Assembly (NCBI GenBank): GCA_963843375.1
Contig: CAWJKT010000010.1
Coordinates: 1 to 64,000, forward strand
DNA length: 64,000 bases
DNA from: an uncultured Pseudomonadota bacterium
Lineage (GTDB): Bacteria > Oederibacteriota > Muellerivitia > Muellerivitales > Muellerivitaceae
Direction of reading: 5' to 3'
In this document: piece after piece, positions 35,029-45,878 of the stretch
How positions within the stretch are numbered: position 1 is the first letter of the stretch
Layout: each line of letters starts with the position of its first letter
The notes under the pieces: model-generated
Database searches by the model: none
Told to the model about the DNA's origin: nothing
Seen by the model: the letters and a program-made list of their open reading frames with translations, nothing else
Position numbers and translations under genes: made by a program

Positions 35029-35372
35029 ATGGCCGAACGGAGCACACAAGAGCTTCTCGATGTCGAGCAGGAGAAGACGATGGCCCGCATTGCGGCGCTG
35101 ACCGCCGAGTTGGATGACATCGTCGCGGCGACGGCGGACGCCAACGTTGATGACGAACATGACCCCGAGGGATCGACGATCGCGTTTGAGCGAGCGAGAG
35201 TCTCCACGCTGTTGAGCCAGGGGCGTGCATACCTGGGAGAACTCGCACTCGCACAAGTCGGGTCGAGGACGGCACGTACGGAATGTGTGAGCATTGTGGG
35301 TCTGCAATCCCGCCCGAACGTCTGCGGGCGCGCCCCGTGGCCCGCACGTGCATCCAGTGCCCACCTCCGTAG
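35029..35372 (+). CDS. TraR/DksA C4 zinc-finger protein, frameshifted
   Basis: DDEHDPEGSTIAFER coiled-coil tip; shifted frame GTYGMCEHCG..ERLRARP..CIQC. Confidence 0.85.
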
Positions 35373-35440
35373 GGTCAGACCTCTGACCCCCATGAGGCCT
35401 GGGCCCGTGCCGGCTCCTCCGCCGGATACGTTCTCGGTCC

Positions 35441-35954
35441 ATGGAACAGGCTCTGGCCGACCTCGTCGGTCCTGATCTGCGTGTCCTCTTCTGTGGCATC
35501 AACCCCGGGACGCTGTCGGGCGAGCTCGGCCTGCATTTCGCCCGGACGGGGAACCGATTCTGGAAGTTGCTCGCCGCCGGTGGGTTCACCGAATCGGTCC
35601 TCTCACCGGCGGAGCAGCAGATCCTGCCTGAGCTCGGGATCGGCATCACGAACCTCGTGGGGAGGGTGACTGCCGCCGCGAGCGAGCTCAGCAGCTCCGA
35701 GCTGCGCAAGGGCGCAGCGCAACTCGAAGCCAAGGTGGAGATCCTGCGGCCCCGCTGCGTCGCGGTGCTCGGGCTGCAGGCATACCGGACGGCCTTTCGC
35801 AGACCCGGAGCAACCATCGGTCCCCAGCCCGAACGCCCTCGGGGGCGCTCTGCTGTGGCTCCTCCCCAACCCGAGCGGCCTGCAGGCCCGCTATCAAGTC
35901 CCCGAGATGACCGACATGTTCAGAGCGCTCTTCGACGCCACCGAGGCGACCTGA
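35441..35954 (+). CDS. mug: G/U mismatch-specific DNA glycosylase
   Basis: VLFCGINPG, HFARTGNRFW, GITNLV, shifted-frame LPNPSGL. Confidence 0.88.
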
Positions 35955-35965
35955 CTTCGACATCG

Positions 35966-37328
35966 TCAGGAGGCGAATCGGATGGTGACTGCCTTGGTAT
36001 CAGCCGGATTGGTCGAACTGGCGTTGTTCACCACGACGTAGCAGCTGTGTGCCGCGTCGCACACACCGTTGCCGATCGGTGCCGGTGCCGATGTGGAGGA
36101 GCACCGAGCCCGATCCCGTGGGGTCGGGATGCAGAATCGCCGCGTGGGCGAAGCTGCAGCCGGCTGAGCTGGCCGTCGAGATCTCCACCGTGGAGCACTC
36201 GAGGATGTTGACCACCTTGCCCGCGGTGTAGCCACTCCACCGAACGGTGACAGCCTGGCCGTCGCGGAGGCCGGTGTCGGGACTGACGGTGGCGTGGAGG
36301 TGGACCGCTGCGGCCTTGGGAAGGGGCAACGCGGCGCGCGATCCCTCAGCCCAGGCGGTGTGCACCGTCGACTGGGACGTCCGACCGTCGGTTGCCACGG
36401 CCTGCAGCGCTCCGTGCTGATGCTTGAGGTAGGCGTCGAAGAAGGCCGTCGTCGACGCAATGACTGCTCCCGAGGTCGGTCCGACCACCCCCGAGGCGGC
36501 CATGTGGGCAACCGACCCAGTCGTGTCTGAGCGAGCGTCCCAACTGAGCGCGAGCAACGCCTTGGGCCCACGCGCCTGGTTGAAGACGGCGACAGCATCG
36601 CCGTACGGAATGAGCCCATCGTGGAGATCCTGGACGATGAGCAGCGGCGGTGCCTCGGCCATGTCGTAATCGGCCGCTGCCCAGACCCTCGGTGGTGCCG
36701 GCCATGACGACCGCTGCCTTGACCCTGGTGTCACGGCAGCAGCTGTTCGCAATCAGGCCCAGCGTCGTGATGGCGCCGTTGGAATGGCCTGCGGCCCCGA
36801 TCTCGTTCGGGTCGATCAGGCCCGACAACGGCCCGTTCGGGGTGCTGTCGGCCTTGAGCACCTCGTCTATGACGAAGCTCATGTCACCGGGCTGGTTCCC
36901 GATGTCCCCGGCGTCGGCGCCGCCAGGCGTCTCACTGCTCGACAATGGGAACAACGGGAGCAGCCACCACGTAGCCCGCGGCCGCCCAGGCGGTCAGCAG
37001 TTTGCTGTACCCCTGGGGCGAACCCCCCAGCCCGTGGGCAAAGACGATCAGCGGGTAGGGAGCCTGACCCGACGTGTCTGGCCGATCCCGACCGCGCCGG
37101 ATACCAGATGGTCGTGACGAGCGTTCGGGATGGCCGTGCCGGCATGCCGTCCCAGGGCGGGGTGGACCTCGAGGTGTCGACGAAGGTCATCGTCATCTTC
37201 GCCACGGGCGCCGAGCTGGTTGCTCCGACGGCCTGCGTCGGCGCGGCGACTCCCGCCAAGGCGGTGGCGGGCAGGAGCAGGCCACAGGCAACTGCACCCA
37301 ACAGCGCCGTCCGCTGTATCGGCCTCAT
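35966..37328 (-). CDS. Secreted alpha/beta hydrolase with C-terminal neocarzinostatin-apoprotein-like domain, frameshifted
   Basis: Signal peptide, TFVDTSR..RTLVTTIWYP, NQPGD, GHSNG; C-terminal TVSPDTGLRDGQAVTVRWSG..LEC..C..C..C. Confidence 0.78.
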
Positions 37329-37559
37329 CCCCTTCTCCCTCCCAGACGAGACGCCATCGTGCCACAAGCACTGCTTCGTCTCTCGGCCCGTCCCCTGGGG
37401 AGTTCAAGCCCTGTAGAAGCAGCTCTTGTACCAGCCGGGTGCGGGATCGCCGAGGAATGGCGGCGGGCAGATCAGGACGCCGTCGTAGCTGACGCCGGCG
37501 AGACCAAGTGTGCGTGTGGTGGCACAGCGGGACATCGCTGCGCCGGTCCTCCCCTACCG

Positions 37560-39051
37560 TCAGCCCGGCGTGCTGACGACCCGCCCGAAGTAGGTGGCGC
37601 CGCCGAAGGTGAAGATGCCGCCGTCGGCCGCCGCCATCCAGTACCCGTTGGTGGCATTGTCGGCCGCCATGCCCACGACCGGCGCCGCCAGGCTCAGGCT
37701 TCCGGTGCTGCCGTCGAAGGGCGCTTGCCCGTAGGTGAAGATGCCGCCGTCGGAGGCCACGAAGCGGTACCCCTGCCCGTTCGGCGACGCCTCCATGCCC
37801 ACGATGGGCTGGTTCAGGTGGATGCTCCCGGTGCTGCCGTAGAACGGAGCGTTGTAGCTGAAGATGCCGCCGTCGGTGGCGACCTCCCAGTAGCCGCCGG
37901 TGGCCGGGTCGGCGGCGATCCCGACGATGGGCTGGTTGAGGGGCTTGCCACCCATGGAGCCGAAGAATTCCGCGTCGCCGAAGCTGAAGATGCCGCCGTC
38001 GGAGGCCACCATCCAGTAGCCCTTGCCGTTGGGCGTGGTGGCGATGCCGACGATCGGCTTGTTGAGGCGCAGGGAGCCGGTGGACCCGTAGAACGTCGGC
38101 ATCGCCGAAGCTGAAGATGCCGCCGTCGGACCCGACCAGCCAGTAGCCCTTGCCGTCGGGCGTGGACGCCATGCCGACGATGGGCGAGTTGAGCTGACCG
38201 CTCAGGGAGCCGTAGTTCTGGGCGGAGCCGAAGGCGGCGACCGTGCCGTTCGCCTGCGTCTCCCAGTAGCCGGTGCCGTTGGGGGTCGGCGCGATGGCGA
38301 CCGTCCGCGAGCCGGACTGGACCGCGGAGGCGAGCTGGCTCCAGCTGTCCGTGATGTCAGTCGGCGGCGAGCACGAGCTGACGAAGATGGCGGCGATGGA
38401 GCCGCCCGAGGAGTCAGAGGAGAAGGCCGCCCCCATCGACAGGATCGGCGGGCCGCTCGGGCAGTTGGCGAACTCGTGCAGAATGATGTCGCGGTGGCCC
38501 CAGCAGCCGGACGGGCTCGACAGGCTGCAGGCCGAGTTGGTCGTCGACGAGCCGCTGTAGCCGTCGTCGTACATCCAGTAGTAGTCGGCCTCGAGCACCG
38601 AGGTCAGTCCGCCGGCCCAGATCGACCCGCCGTAGGTGATCGGGGCGCCGCCGGTGAGCGCCGTCGGAAAGCTCGGGTCGGTGCCGCCGTTGGCGCCGCC
38701 CTGCGCGTACCCGTCGAGCTGCGAGGTGATGTAGTCGATCGGCGGGAGGCCACGGTCGACGCGCTCGTCGTTCACCACCGTGAACACCTGCTGGTCGAGC
38801 GGCAGGGCATCGAAGGCCGCCTCCGACAGGTCCATGTCCCCGACGCCTTCCTGGCTGCGCCGCGCCGTCGATCGCGGTGAGCCAGTCGGAGCTGTCCGGC
38901 GGGATGTTGGCCGAAGGGTTGGAGGGCGGCAGAATGCCGGCGGCCGATGCGGGCGCACTGGTGATCACACCGGCGCCGGCCAGACTCAGGAGAGTGGCCG
39001 CGACGGGGAGGAGGAGTGTCGCGCTACGGCGCCTGGCACGCTGCGGTGCAC
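37560..39051 (-). CDS. Secreted CAP-like domain protein with C-terminal GYW..SDGGIF repeats, frameshifted
   Basis: VNDERVDRGL, YYWMYDDG, CWGHRDIIL; five xDGGIF repeats plus one degenerate copy, about 41-42 aa period. Confidence 0.8.
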
Positions 39052-39409
39052 GCTGGGATCCCCCTCTTCGACTGCTCGACGATGGAGTCAGTATCGGAAG
39101 GAATCCGGGCGCGGCGAATAGGACTTTTTGACTAAATATGAACTATTCCCGCAGGTCCAAGCCCTGTGGGCCTCGCCCACACACGTATTGGATCCGGCGC
39201 CGTCGCAACCGGGTCATCCGCTCCCTGCGACCCCCGTGCCGTGCTCAGAAATCCACGCACGCGGCAACCCGTGCAACCGGTCGGCGACGCCGTGGCAATC
39301 ACGACCACAACGGCGGTGGCGGTGACAACGGGGGCGCAATTGACGCACCCGAAATGCAACCCGGTCGTCGGTGATCAGCCCGAGGCGATGAGGCGCTCGA
39401 GCCGGCCCC

Positions 39410-40670
39410 TCAGCCCCGGGGAAGGCCGAGCACACGCTCGGCCACGATGTTGCGCTGGATCTCCGACGTCCCGCCGGCGATGGTGCCGGAGAAGGAACGC
39501 AGGTACTGCAGGGCCAACGCGCCGTCGTAGAACGAGCCGATCGCGCTCTCGCTCCGACCGGGCCGGCTCGAAGTGGGCGAGGTCCCACTCGGTGAAGCGG
39601 TTCGGGCCCGGGCCGTCGAGGTCGAGGCCCTCGAGGCCCAGCGCCTCCTGAGCCAGCAGGCAGGCCCGCTGCTCGGCCTCGCTGGTGAACAGCTTCAGCA
39701 CCATGTGCTCGGGCGACATCTCGCCCCGGGTCGCCTTGGCGAAGCCGCGGTAGCCGAGGCAGCGCATGGCCGCCGTGTCGGTGGCCAGCCGGCCGATGGC
39801 CTCGGCGAGGCGCGGGTCGTCGCCCAGGGTCCCGCCGCGGCCGTCGGGGCGCTGGGCCATGCGCACCAGTCCCTTCAGCGTGCGCTCCATCTTCGACACG
39901 TTCATGATCCAGAGCATGCCCCGCTCGTGGCGCAGCGAGCCCTGGCTCACCGCCCAGCCGTGGTTGCGCTCCCCCAGCAGGTTCTCCTCCGGCACCTCCA
40001 CGTCAGTGAAGAAGACCTCGTTGAAGTCGGCGTGGTGCGGGTCGGTCAGCTCGGGCAGCGGCCGGCAGGTGATGCCCGGCGTGCGCATGTCGATGATGAG
40101 CACGCTGATGCCGCGGTGCTTCGGCGCCTCGGGGTCGGTCCGCACGTAACACATGCAGTAGTCGGCCTCGTGGGCGCCCGACGTCCACACCTTCTGCCCG
40201 TTCACCACGAAGAGGCCGTCGCGCTCCTCGGCCCGCGTGGTCAGCGAGGCCAGGTCGCTCCCCGCGTTGGGCTCGCTCATGCCGAGGCACCACGTGATCT
40301 CGCCCTTCAGCGTCGGGAGGACGAAGCGCTCCTTCTGATCGTCGGTGCCGTACTCGACGATGGAGGCGGCACAGATGGAGAGGCCCTGCGGGTTGAGCGA
40401 ACGCGGCGCCATGCGCTCGGTGATGACCTCGAAGTAGGCCATCTGCTCTTTCGGGGTGGCGTTGCGGCCGCCCAGCTCGGGCGGCCACCCCGGCACGAGG
40501 TAGCCCGCCTCGAACAGCTCGCGCTGGAAGGTGCGGGCCCACTCCGGCAGGTGCGCCGAGGAACGGCGCTGCTCGTCGGCCATCGCCTCGGGTGCGGGCA
40601 GGTGCTCGTCCAGCCATGCTTCGAACTCGCGGCGGAACGCAGTCAGCGAGTCGTCAGGGGCGAGGCGCAT
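39410..40670 (-). CDS. Acyl-CoA dehydrogenase (catalytic-type), frameshift near C-terminus
   Basis: WCLGMSEPNAGSDLAS, GQKVWTS, FNEVFF, LRHERG, TIAGGTSEIQRN..VLGLP. Confidence 0.93.
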
Positions 40671-40679
40671 GGCCAACTA

Positions 40680-40693
40680 TGACACGGGCGTCA
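40680..40693. promoter_or_regulatory. Operator-like site TGACACGGGCGTCA
   Basis: About 10 bp upstream of the ACAD ATG, overlapping the upstream gene's stop codon. Confidence 0.68.
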
Positions 40694-41110
40694 TTCGGCC
40701 AGCGAGTCGCCGTCGTCCTCTTCCTGCGCGCTCGCCGAGCCCTGCTTGTAGCCGCGCCGGGCGGACGGCCACGCCTGAATGGCGAGCGCGATCCCGAAGG
40801 CCGGCTCGGTGAGGAGGATCGACCCGGCGATCTCGTCCCAGGTGGCGCCGACCTCGGCGGCCAGCCGGGCATGGCGCTGCACGCCGCCGGGCTGGCGGGC
40901 GATGACGGTGCACACCATGCGGATCAGCTCGTGCGTCTTGCGGTCGGGCGCGCGCAGCGAGTCGATGGAGGCCATCCATGCGTTCTGGGCCTGCAGGACG
41001 CCCGGGGCCCACTCGTGCAGGAAGCGCTCCGACGGAAAGGGCCACACGTCCTCCTGGACGTTGATGTCGAAGGCCTCGTCGGGTTCGCCTGGCGTCATGG
41101 CGTCGGTCAT
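40691..41110 (-). CDS. Carboxymuconolactone decarboxylase/AhpD-like protein
   Basis: DRKTHELI..RHARLA..GATWDEI motif; no CxxC. Confidence 0.75.
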   Translation of the reverse strand: MTDAMTPGEPDEAFDINVQEDVWPFPSERFLHEWAPGVLQAQNAWMASIDSLRAPDRKTHELIRMVCTVIARQPGGVQRHARLAAEVGATWDEIAGSILLTEPAFGIALAIQAWPSARRGYKQGSASAQEEDDGDSLAE

Positions 41111-41120
41111 CGTACCGGCC

Positions 41121-43388
41121 TCAGGAGCCGGGCTCGGGGTCGCGGGGCTGGCCGAGGATGCGCTCCGCGATCACGTTGCGCTGCACCTCGCTCGTGCCGC
41201 CGGCGATGGTGAGGCAGCGGGTGGAGAGGAAGCCCTCCTCCCAGCGCTGCGCCTTGCCGTCGAGCACCGCGCCGTCGGCGCCGTAGAGCGCCATCCCCAT
41301 CTCCTGCACACGCTGCTCGTGCTCCACGCCGAGCAGCTTGCGCACGCTGGTCCCGCTGCCGGGATCCACGCCCGAGAGCGTGCGCAGCGTGGAGCGGTGG
41401 CCGAGCAGGGCGATCGACTGCGCCTCGGCGATCAGGTGCCCCAGCCGCTCCTCCATGCTGGGCGGGCTCGGCTCGCCGCGCTCGCTCCGGCGCGCCACGG
41501 TCCGGATCAGCGACTCGACGCCGTGGCCGAAGGAGGCGCCCGACGACATGGAGACGCGCTCGTTGGCCAGCGTCGTCCGCCCGATGCGCCAGCCGTCCCC
41601 CGGCGCGCCGACCACGGCGTCGTCGGGGACGAAGACGTCGTTGAAGAAGACCTCGTTGAACATGGCGGCGCCGGTCAGCTCGCGCAGCGGCCGGATGTCG
41701 ATGCCCTCGGCGTGCATGTCGACGATGAAGTAGGTGATGCCGGCGTGCTTGGCCGCGTCGGGGTCCGAGCGGGCCAGGCAGATGCCGAAGTCGGCCATCT
41801 GGGCCAGCGACGTCCACACCTTCTGCCCGTTGAGGACCCAGCCGCCCTCGACGCGTTCGGCCCTGGTGCTCAGGGCGGCGAGGTCGGACCCCGCGCCGGG
41901 CTCGCTGAAGAGCTGGCACCAGTTGAGCCGGCCGTGCAGCGTCGGGCGCACCCAGCGCTCCTGCTGCTCCGCGGTGCCGTGCGCGATGAGCGTCGGCAGC
42001 GCCCACGCCCCGACCGCCAGGTGGGGGCGCGGGACGCCGGCGGCGGCCAGCTCCTCGTCGATGACGAGCTGCTCGAGGGGCGAGGCGCCCCGGCCCCACG
42101 GCGCGGGCCAGTGCGGCATGATCAGCCCCGCCTCGGCGATGGCGGCGCGCCGGTCGGCCTCCCCCGCCGCGGCGACCTCCGCCACGACCGCGCGGATCTC
42201 CTCGCGCAGCGACTCCGCCTCGGGCGGCAGGTCGGCGGCCAGGTTGCGCCGGGACCCGGCGATGGCCAGCGCGGCCACCTCGTGCTCGAGCGCGCCGACG
42301 TCGCCGCCGGCGACCAGCTGCAGGTTGGCCATGGCCCGCTTCAGGTAGAGGTGGGCGTCGTGCTCCCAGGTGAAGCCGATGCCGCCGAGAAGCTGAATGC
42401 ACTCCTTGGCGCAGTGCGCGGCCGCCCCGAGCGCCACGGCGCCGGCGATGCGCGCGCTGAGGTGGCGGTCCCGGGTCTCGTCGTCCGCACCGCTGTCGGC
42501 GTCATCCTCGCTCCAGGCGGCCGCGGCGTCCCAGGCCACCGCGGCGGACTGCTCGACCGCGACCAGCATGTCGGCCAGCGCGTGCTTGACCGCCTGGAAC
42601 TGGCCGATGGGCCGGCCGAACTGGACGCGCACCTTGGCGTACTCCGACGCCGTCTGCAGGCACCAGCGGGCGATCCCCGCGCTCTCGGCCGCGGCCAGCG
42701 TCAGGGCCAGGCCGCGCACGTCGTCGTCGGACACCATGACCTGCTCGTGCCGCGGCACCGTGACCCCGCCGCCGGCGATGGTCAGCTGCCCGACGGCGCG
42801 GGTGCCGTCGAGCGCCGGGAGCGCCTCGACGGAGACGGCGTCGCCGAGGGCCTCCCGGTCGAGCAGGAGCCAGCCGGTGCCGGTGCCGTAGTCGAGCGGC
42901 ACGAGGACCAGGCGGGCGGTGGGCAGCCCGAGCACCGGGCGCACCGTGCCCGCGAGGGAGAGCGCCCCGTCCTGCGCCGGCTGCCAGGGGTGGGCCGCCG
43001 CGCCCAGCGCCACCGCCGCCGTGATGGAGCCGTCGGCCAGGCCGCGGAGCCACTCCGGCGGCACGGCCGCCGGCCCGCGGGGCACGCGGGCCAGGGCGGC
43101 GGAGACCAGCACCGTCGGCAGCAGCGGTCCGGGGAAGAGGGCGTGACCGAGCTCCTCGAGCACGACGGCCAGCTCGGCCAGCGTGAAGCCCTGGCCGCCG
43201 TGCTCCTCGGGCAGGTGGAGGCCGAGCCACCCCTGGGCCGCCATCTTCTCCCAGGCGGCGGGCAGCTCCGCCGATCCGGGCGGGGCCTCGGCCACCTGCC
43301 GCGGCACCGCGGGCGGGCAGTGCGTCTGGGCCCAGCGCAGCGCGGTGGCGCGCAGGGACTCGTGGTCCTCGGTGACGGCGATCGGCAT
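41121..43388 (-). CDS. Two-domain (fused) acyl-CoA dehydrogenase, FadE34/FadE22-like
   Basis: N-half QFGRPIGQFQAVKH..GGIGFTWEHDAH; C-half WCQLFSEPGAGSDL..LANER..TIAGGTSEVQRN; about 755 aa. Confidence 0.93.
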   Translation of the reverse strand: MPIAVTEDHESLRATALRWAQTHCPPAVPRQVAEAPPGSAELPAAWEKMAAQGWLGLHLPEEHGGQGFTLAELAVVLEELGHALFPGPLLPTVLVSAALARVPRGPAAVPPEWLRGLADGSITAAVALGAAAHPWQPAQDGALSLAGTVRPVLGLPTARLVLVPLDYGTGTGWLLLDREALGDAVSVEALPALDGTRAVGQLTIAGGGVTVPRHEQVMVSDDDVRGLALTLAAAESAGIARWCLQTASEYAKVRVQFGRPIGQFQAVKHALADMLVAVEQSAAVAWDAAAAWSEDDADSGADDETRDRHLSARIAGAVALGAAAHCAKECIQLLGGIGFTWEHDAHLYLKRAMANLQLVAGGDVGALEHEVAALAIAGSRRNLAADLPPEAESLREEIRAVVAEVAAAGEADRRAAIAEAGLIMPHWPAPWGRGASPLEQLVIDEELAAAGVPRPHLAVGAWALPTLIAHGTAEQQERWVRPTLHGRLNWCQLFSEPGAGSDLAALSTRAERVEGGWVLNGQKVWTSLAQMADFGICLARSDPDAAKHAGITYFIVDMHAEGIDIRPLRELTGAAMFNEVFFNDVFVPDDAVVGAPGDGWRIGRTTLANERVSMSSGASFGHGVESLIRTVARRSERGEPSPPSMEERLGHLIAEAQSIALLGHRSTLRTLSGVDPGSGTSVRKLLGVEHEQRVQEMGMALYGADGAVLDGKAQRWEEGFLSTRCLTIAGGTSEVQRNVIAERILGQPRDPEPGS

Positions 43389-43636
43389 TACGTACTCTCC
43401 TCGAGCGGGACCTCGGCGCCGTCGCGCCAGAGGGAGATGGCGCCGACCGGGCAGCCCTGCGCCGCGGTGCGGAGCCGCTCCTCGTCGGTGGCCGCGGCAT
43501 CCACGACGACGGCGTGGCCGTCGTCGCTCAGGTCGAAGGTCTCGGGGGCCCAGAAGACGCAGTTGCCCGACCCCATGCAGCGGTCCCAGTCGACCCGCAC
43601 GTCGAGCGGCCGCGGCTCGGCCGCGTCGTCCGCCAT
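43388..43636 (-). CDS. [3Fe-4S]-type ferredoxin
   Basis: VDWDRCMGSGNC..APETF..CPVGAI. Confidence 0.92.
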   Translation of the reverse strand: MADDAAEPRPLDVRVDWDRCMGSGNCVFWAPETFDLSDDGHAVVVDAAATDEERLRTAAQGCPVGAISLWRDGAEVPLEEST

Positions 43637-43717
43637 CAGGCCGACCCCGGCACGACGCCGCTCTCGATGGCCGCTGCGTCCTGCAGCGGGTTGGCTCTGC
43701 CGCCCATGTGCCTGAAA

Positions 43718-44965
43718 CTACCCCCCGGGGGTGAACACCACCGGCAGGGACAGCGGCGAGCGGAAGGCCATCCCCTCGATGTGCGGCGGTTCGGCATCGG
43801 GGTCCAACGTGAAGGGCCCCAGGCGGTCGAGGAGGGTGTTGATGGCGACGCGCGACTCCATGCGGGCGAGATGCATGCCCAGGCAGACATGGACGCCGAA
43901 GCCGAAGCCCACGTGCTGGCGCTGCTCGCGGAACATGTCGTAGCGGTCGGGCTCGGGGTACTTGCGCTCGTCGCGGTTGGCCGCGCCGATCAGGAGGGCG
44001 ATATCGGCCCCGCTCTCGATCTGCACGCCGGCCAGCTCCGTCTCGCGGGTGGCCCGGCGCAGGATCACGCACACCGGCGGCTCCCAGCGCACGACCTCCT
44101 CGAAGGCCTGGGCGAACAGCGAGCGGTCGTTGTAGAGCGCGTCGAACTGCGTCCGGTCGTGCAGCAGCGCGAAGAGCAGGCTGCCCGAGGCGCGGTAGGT
44201 CGTCTCCACCCCGGCCGGCAGGATCAGGCGGAGGAACGAGAAGATCTCCTCGTCGGTGAGGTGCCGGCCCTCGACCTCGGTCCGCACCAGTTCGCTGATG
44301 AGGTCGTCGCCGGGGTGGGCCCGGCGCTCCTCCATGACGTCGGCGAAGTAGTCGCGCAGCGCGTTCGACGCCGCGATGCCGCGCTCCCAGTTGGCGGCGA
44401 CACTCGTGAGCTCCAGCGCCCAGCGCTGGAACTTCGGGTAGTCCTCCCGCGGCAGCCCGAGGATGCGGGCGATCACCTGCACGGGGAAGTTGAAGGTCAC
44501 CGAGCGCACGAGGTCGGTGCGGCCCTCGTCGATGAAGGTGTCGATCAGCTCGTTGACGACGAGGGCGACCAGATCCTCTTCCCAGCGCTCCAGCATCTTG
44601 GAGCGGAAGCTCGATGCGACGAGGGTGCGGATGCTGCGGTGCTCGGGCTCGTCCATCTGCAGGATGGTGCGGCCCATCACCATGCCCATCACTTCCTCGT
44701 AGATGGTCGAGGAGTACGTGTCGTTGTCGCGCAGCACCTGGACGACCTCGTCGTAGCCGAACACGGTGACGGGCGCCGGCTTGGTGGGGTCGGCGATCTC
44801 GGCGCCCTCGCCGAGGTCGATCGGGCCGGAGTGCACCGGGCTGATGCGACGCAGCGCCTGCATCGCGGGGTACGGGTCGCGGATGGTGCCGCCGACCACG
44901 TCTTTCAGCTCGTAGGGATCGAAGGGGACAGCCGCAGAATCAGCCGTCGAATTTAGGCCTGGCAT
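43718..44965 (-). CDS. Cytochrome P450
   Basis: AGVETT (I-helix), EVVR (ExxR), FGFGVHVCLG heme-binding motif. Confidence 0.97.
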   Translation of the reverse strand: MPGLNSTADSAAVPFDPYELKDVVGGTIRDPYPAMQALRRISPVHSGPIDLGEGAEIADPTKPAPVTVFGYDEVVQVLRDNDTYSSTIYEEVMGMVMGRTILQMDEPEHRSIRTLVASSFRSKMLERWEEDLVALVVNELIDTFIDEGRTDLVRSVTFNFPVQVIARILGLPREDYPKFQRWALELTSVAANWERGIAASNALRDYFADVMEERRAHPGDDLISELVRTEVEGRHLTDEEIFSFLRLILPAGVETTYRASGSLLFALLHDRTQFDALYNDRSLFAQAFEEVVRWEPPVCVILRRATRETELAGVQIESGADIALLIGAANRDERKYPEPDRYDMFREQRQHVGFGFGVHVCLGMHLARMESRVAINTLLDRLGPFTLDPDAEPPHIEGMAFRSPLSLPVVFTPGG

Positions 44966-45014
44966 GTCTTTCGCGCAACCCCCTAGATTCCGGGTGTCAC
45001 ACAGGGGTCGGACC

Positions 45015-45028
45015 TGACTCCCCTGTCA
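45015..45028. promoter_or_regulatory. Operator-like site TGACTCCCCTGTCA
   Basis: TGAC-N6-GTCA about 50 bp upstream of P450. Confidence 0.55.
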
Positions 45029-45035
45029 TGTATAG

Positions 45036-45049
45036 CAAACGATCGTTGG
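45036..45049. promoter_or_regulatory. Second palindrome CAAACGATCGTTGG, candidate operator for the local TetR
   Basis: Perfect core AACGATCGTT (45038-45047) in the P450/TetR divergent region. Confidence 0.5.
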
Positions 45050-45229
45050 GGAGTCCACGAACAGGGGTTCCCGGCGCACACGGTGACGCTCTGGTTTGTG
45101 CCGGATCCGACCCGGACAAGGTAAGACGAGCGAGCAAGGGCGGGAGGCCACACGCCAGCGAGGGGACTCATCGGGCAGCGTTTCGTCGTCCCGAGGTCGG
45201 AGAGCGGAGAATGGGACCGAAGATGAGCG

Positions 45230-45878
45230 TTGGCACGCCCCCCAAGGGTGACACGCACGCGCGAGCGAGGAGCAGCCGGCCCCGGAGAGGGGTCGGCGAC
45301 TCGGCGCCGGATCCTGCAGATCGCCCTCACCCTGATGGCCCAGCGCGGCGTCGACGGGACCAGCATGCGGGACCTGGCCTCGGCCGCCGGCCTCAACGTG
45401 GCCTCGCTGTACCACTACTTCCCGAGCAAGCGGACCTCCTGGAGTCGGTGCTCATCGAGCAGGGGTTCCTCCCGATCAGGCCGGCGCACGTCGACCCCGC
45501 AGGGCGAGAGCCCTGCCACCGAGCCCCTGACGCTGGCCCAGCTCCTGGCCGAGATCATGACCTCCATGTTCGAGGTCGAGGACTTCGTCCGCCTGATGGT
45601 CGGCGAGGCGATGCGCGGCGAGGAGACCGCCCGCGCCGTGGGTGTGGACCTCTTCGCCTCGTTCGAGTCGAGCATCGAGGACTGGGTGAAGAACAACCGT
45701 CCCGACCTCAGCGAGCGGGCCGGGCGCCGCCGCGGTGGCCCGCCTCCTCAGCGCCATGGTGGTCGGGATCTTCATCCAGCACGCCGCCGATGTGCTCGGT
45801 GAGGAGGGGGATGACCTCACCGCCCTGTCCCTCGACCGGGCCCGCGAGGCGGCCTCCATCCTCCGGCCGCCGGGTTAA
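45230..45878 (+). CDS. TetR/AcrR-family regulator, frameshifted
   Basis: TRRRILQIALTLMAQRGVDGTSMRDLASAAGLNVASLYHYFPSK HTH. Confidence 0.92.

Noticed and set aside
37560..38300. Periodic GAAGATGCCGCCGTCGG DNA repeats resembling a CRISPR array
   Set aside because: They are in-frame protein repeats (xDGGIF) with homologous 'spacers', a period of about 125 bp and no cas genes
39060..39400. Long intergenic region as a riboswitch or sigma-28 promoter (CCGATAC on the minus strand)
   Set aside because: No riboswitch consensus recognised and no convincing -35 element; needs an Infernal/Rfam scan
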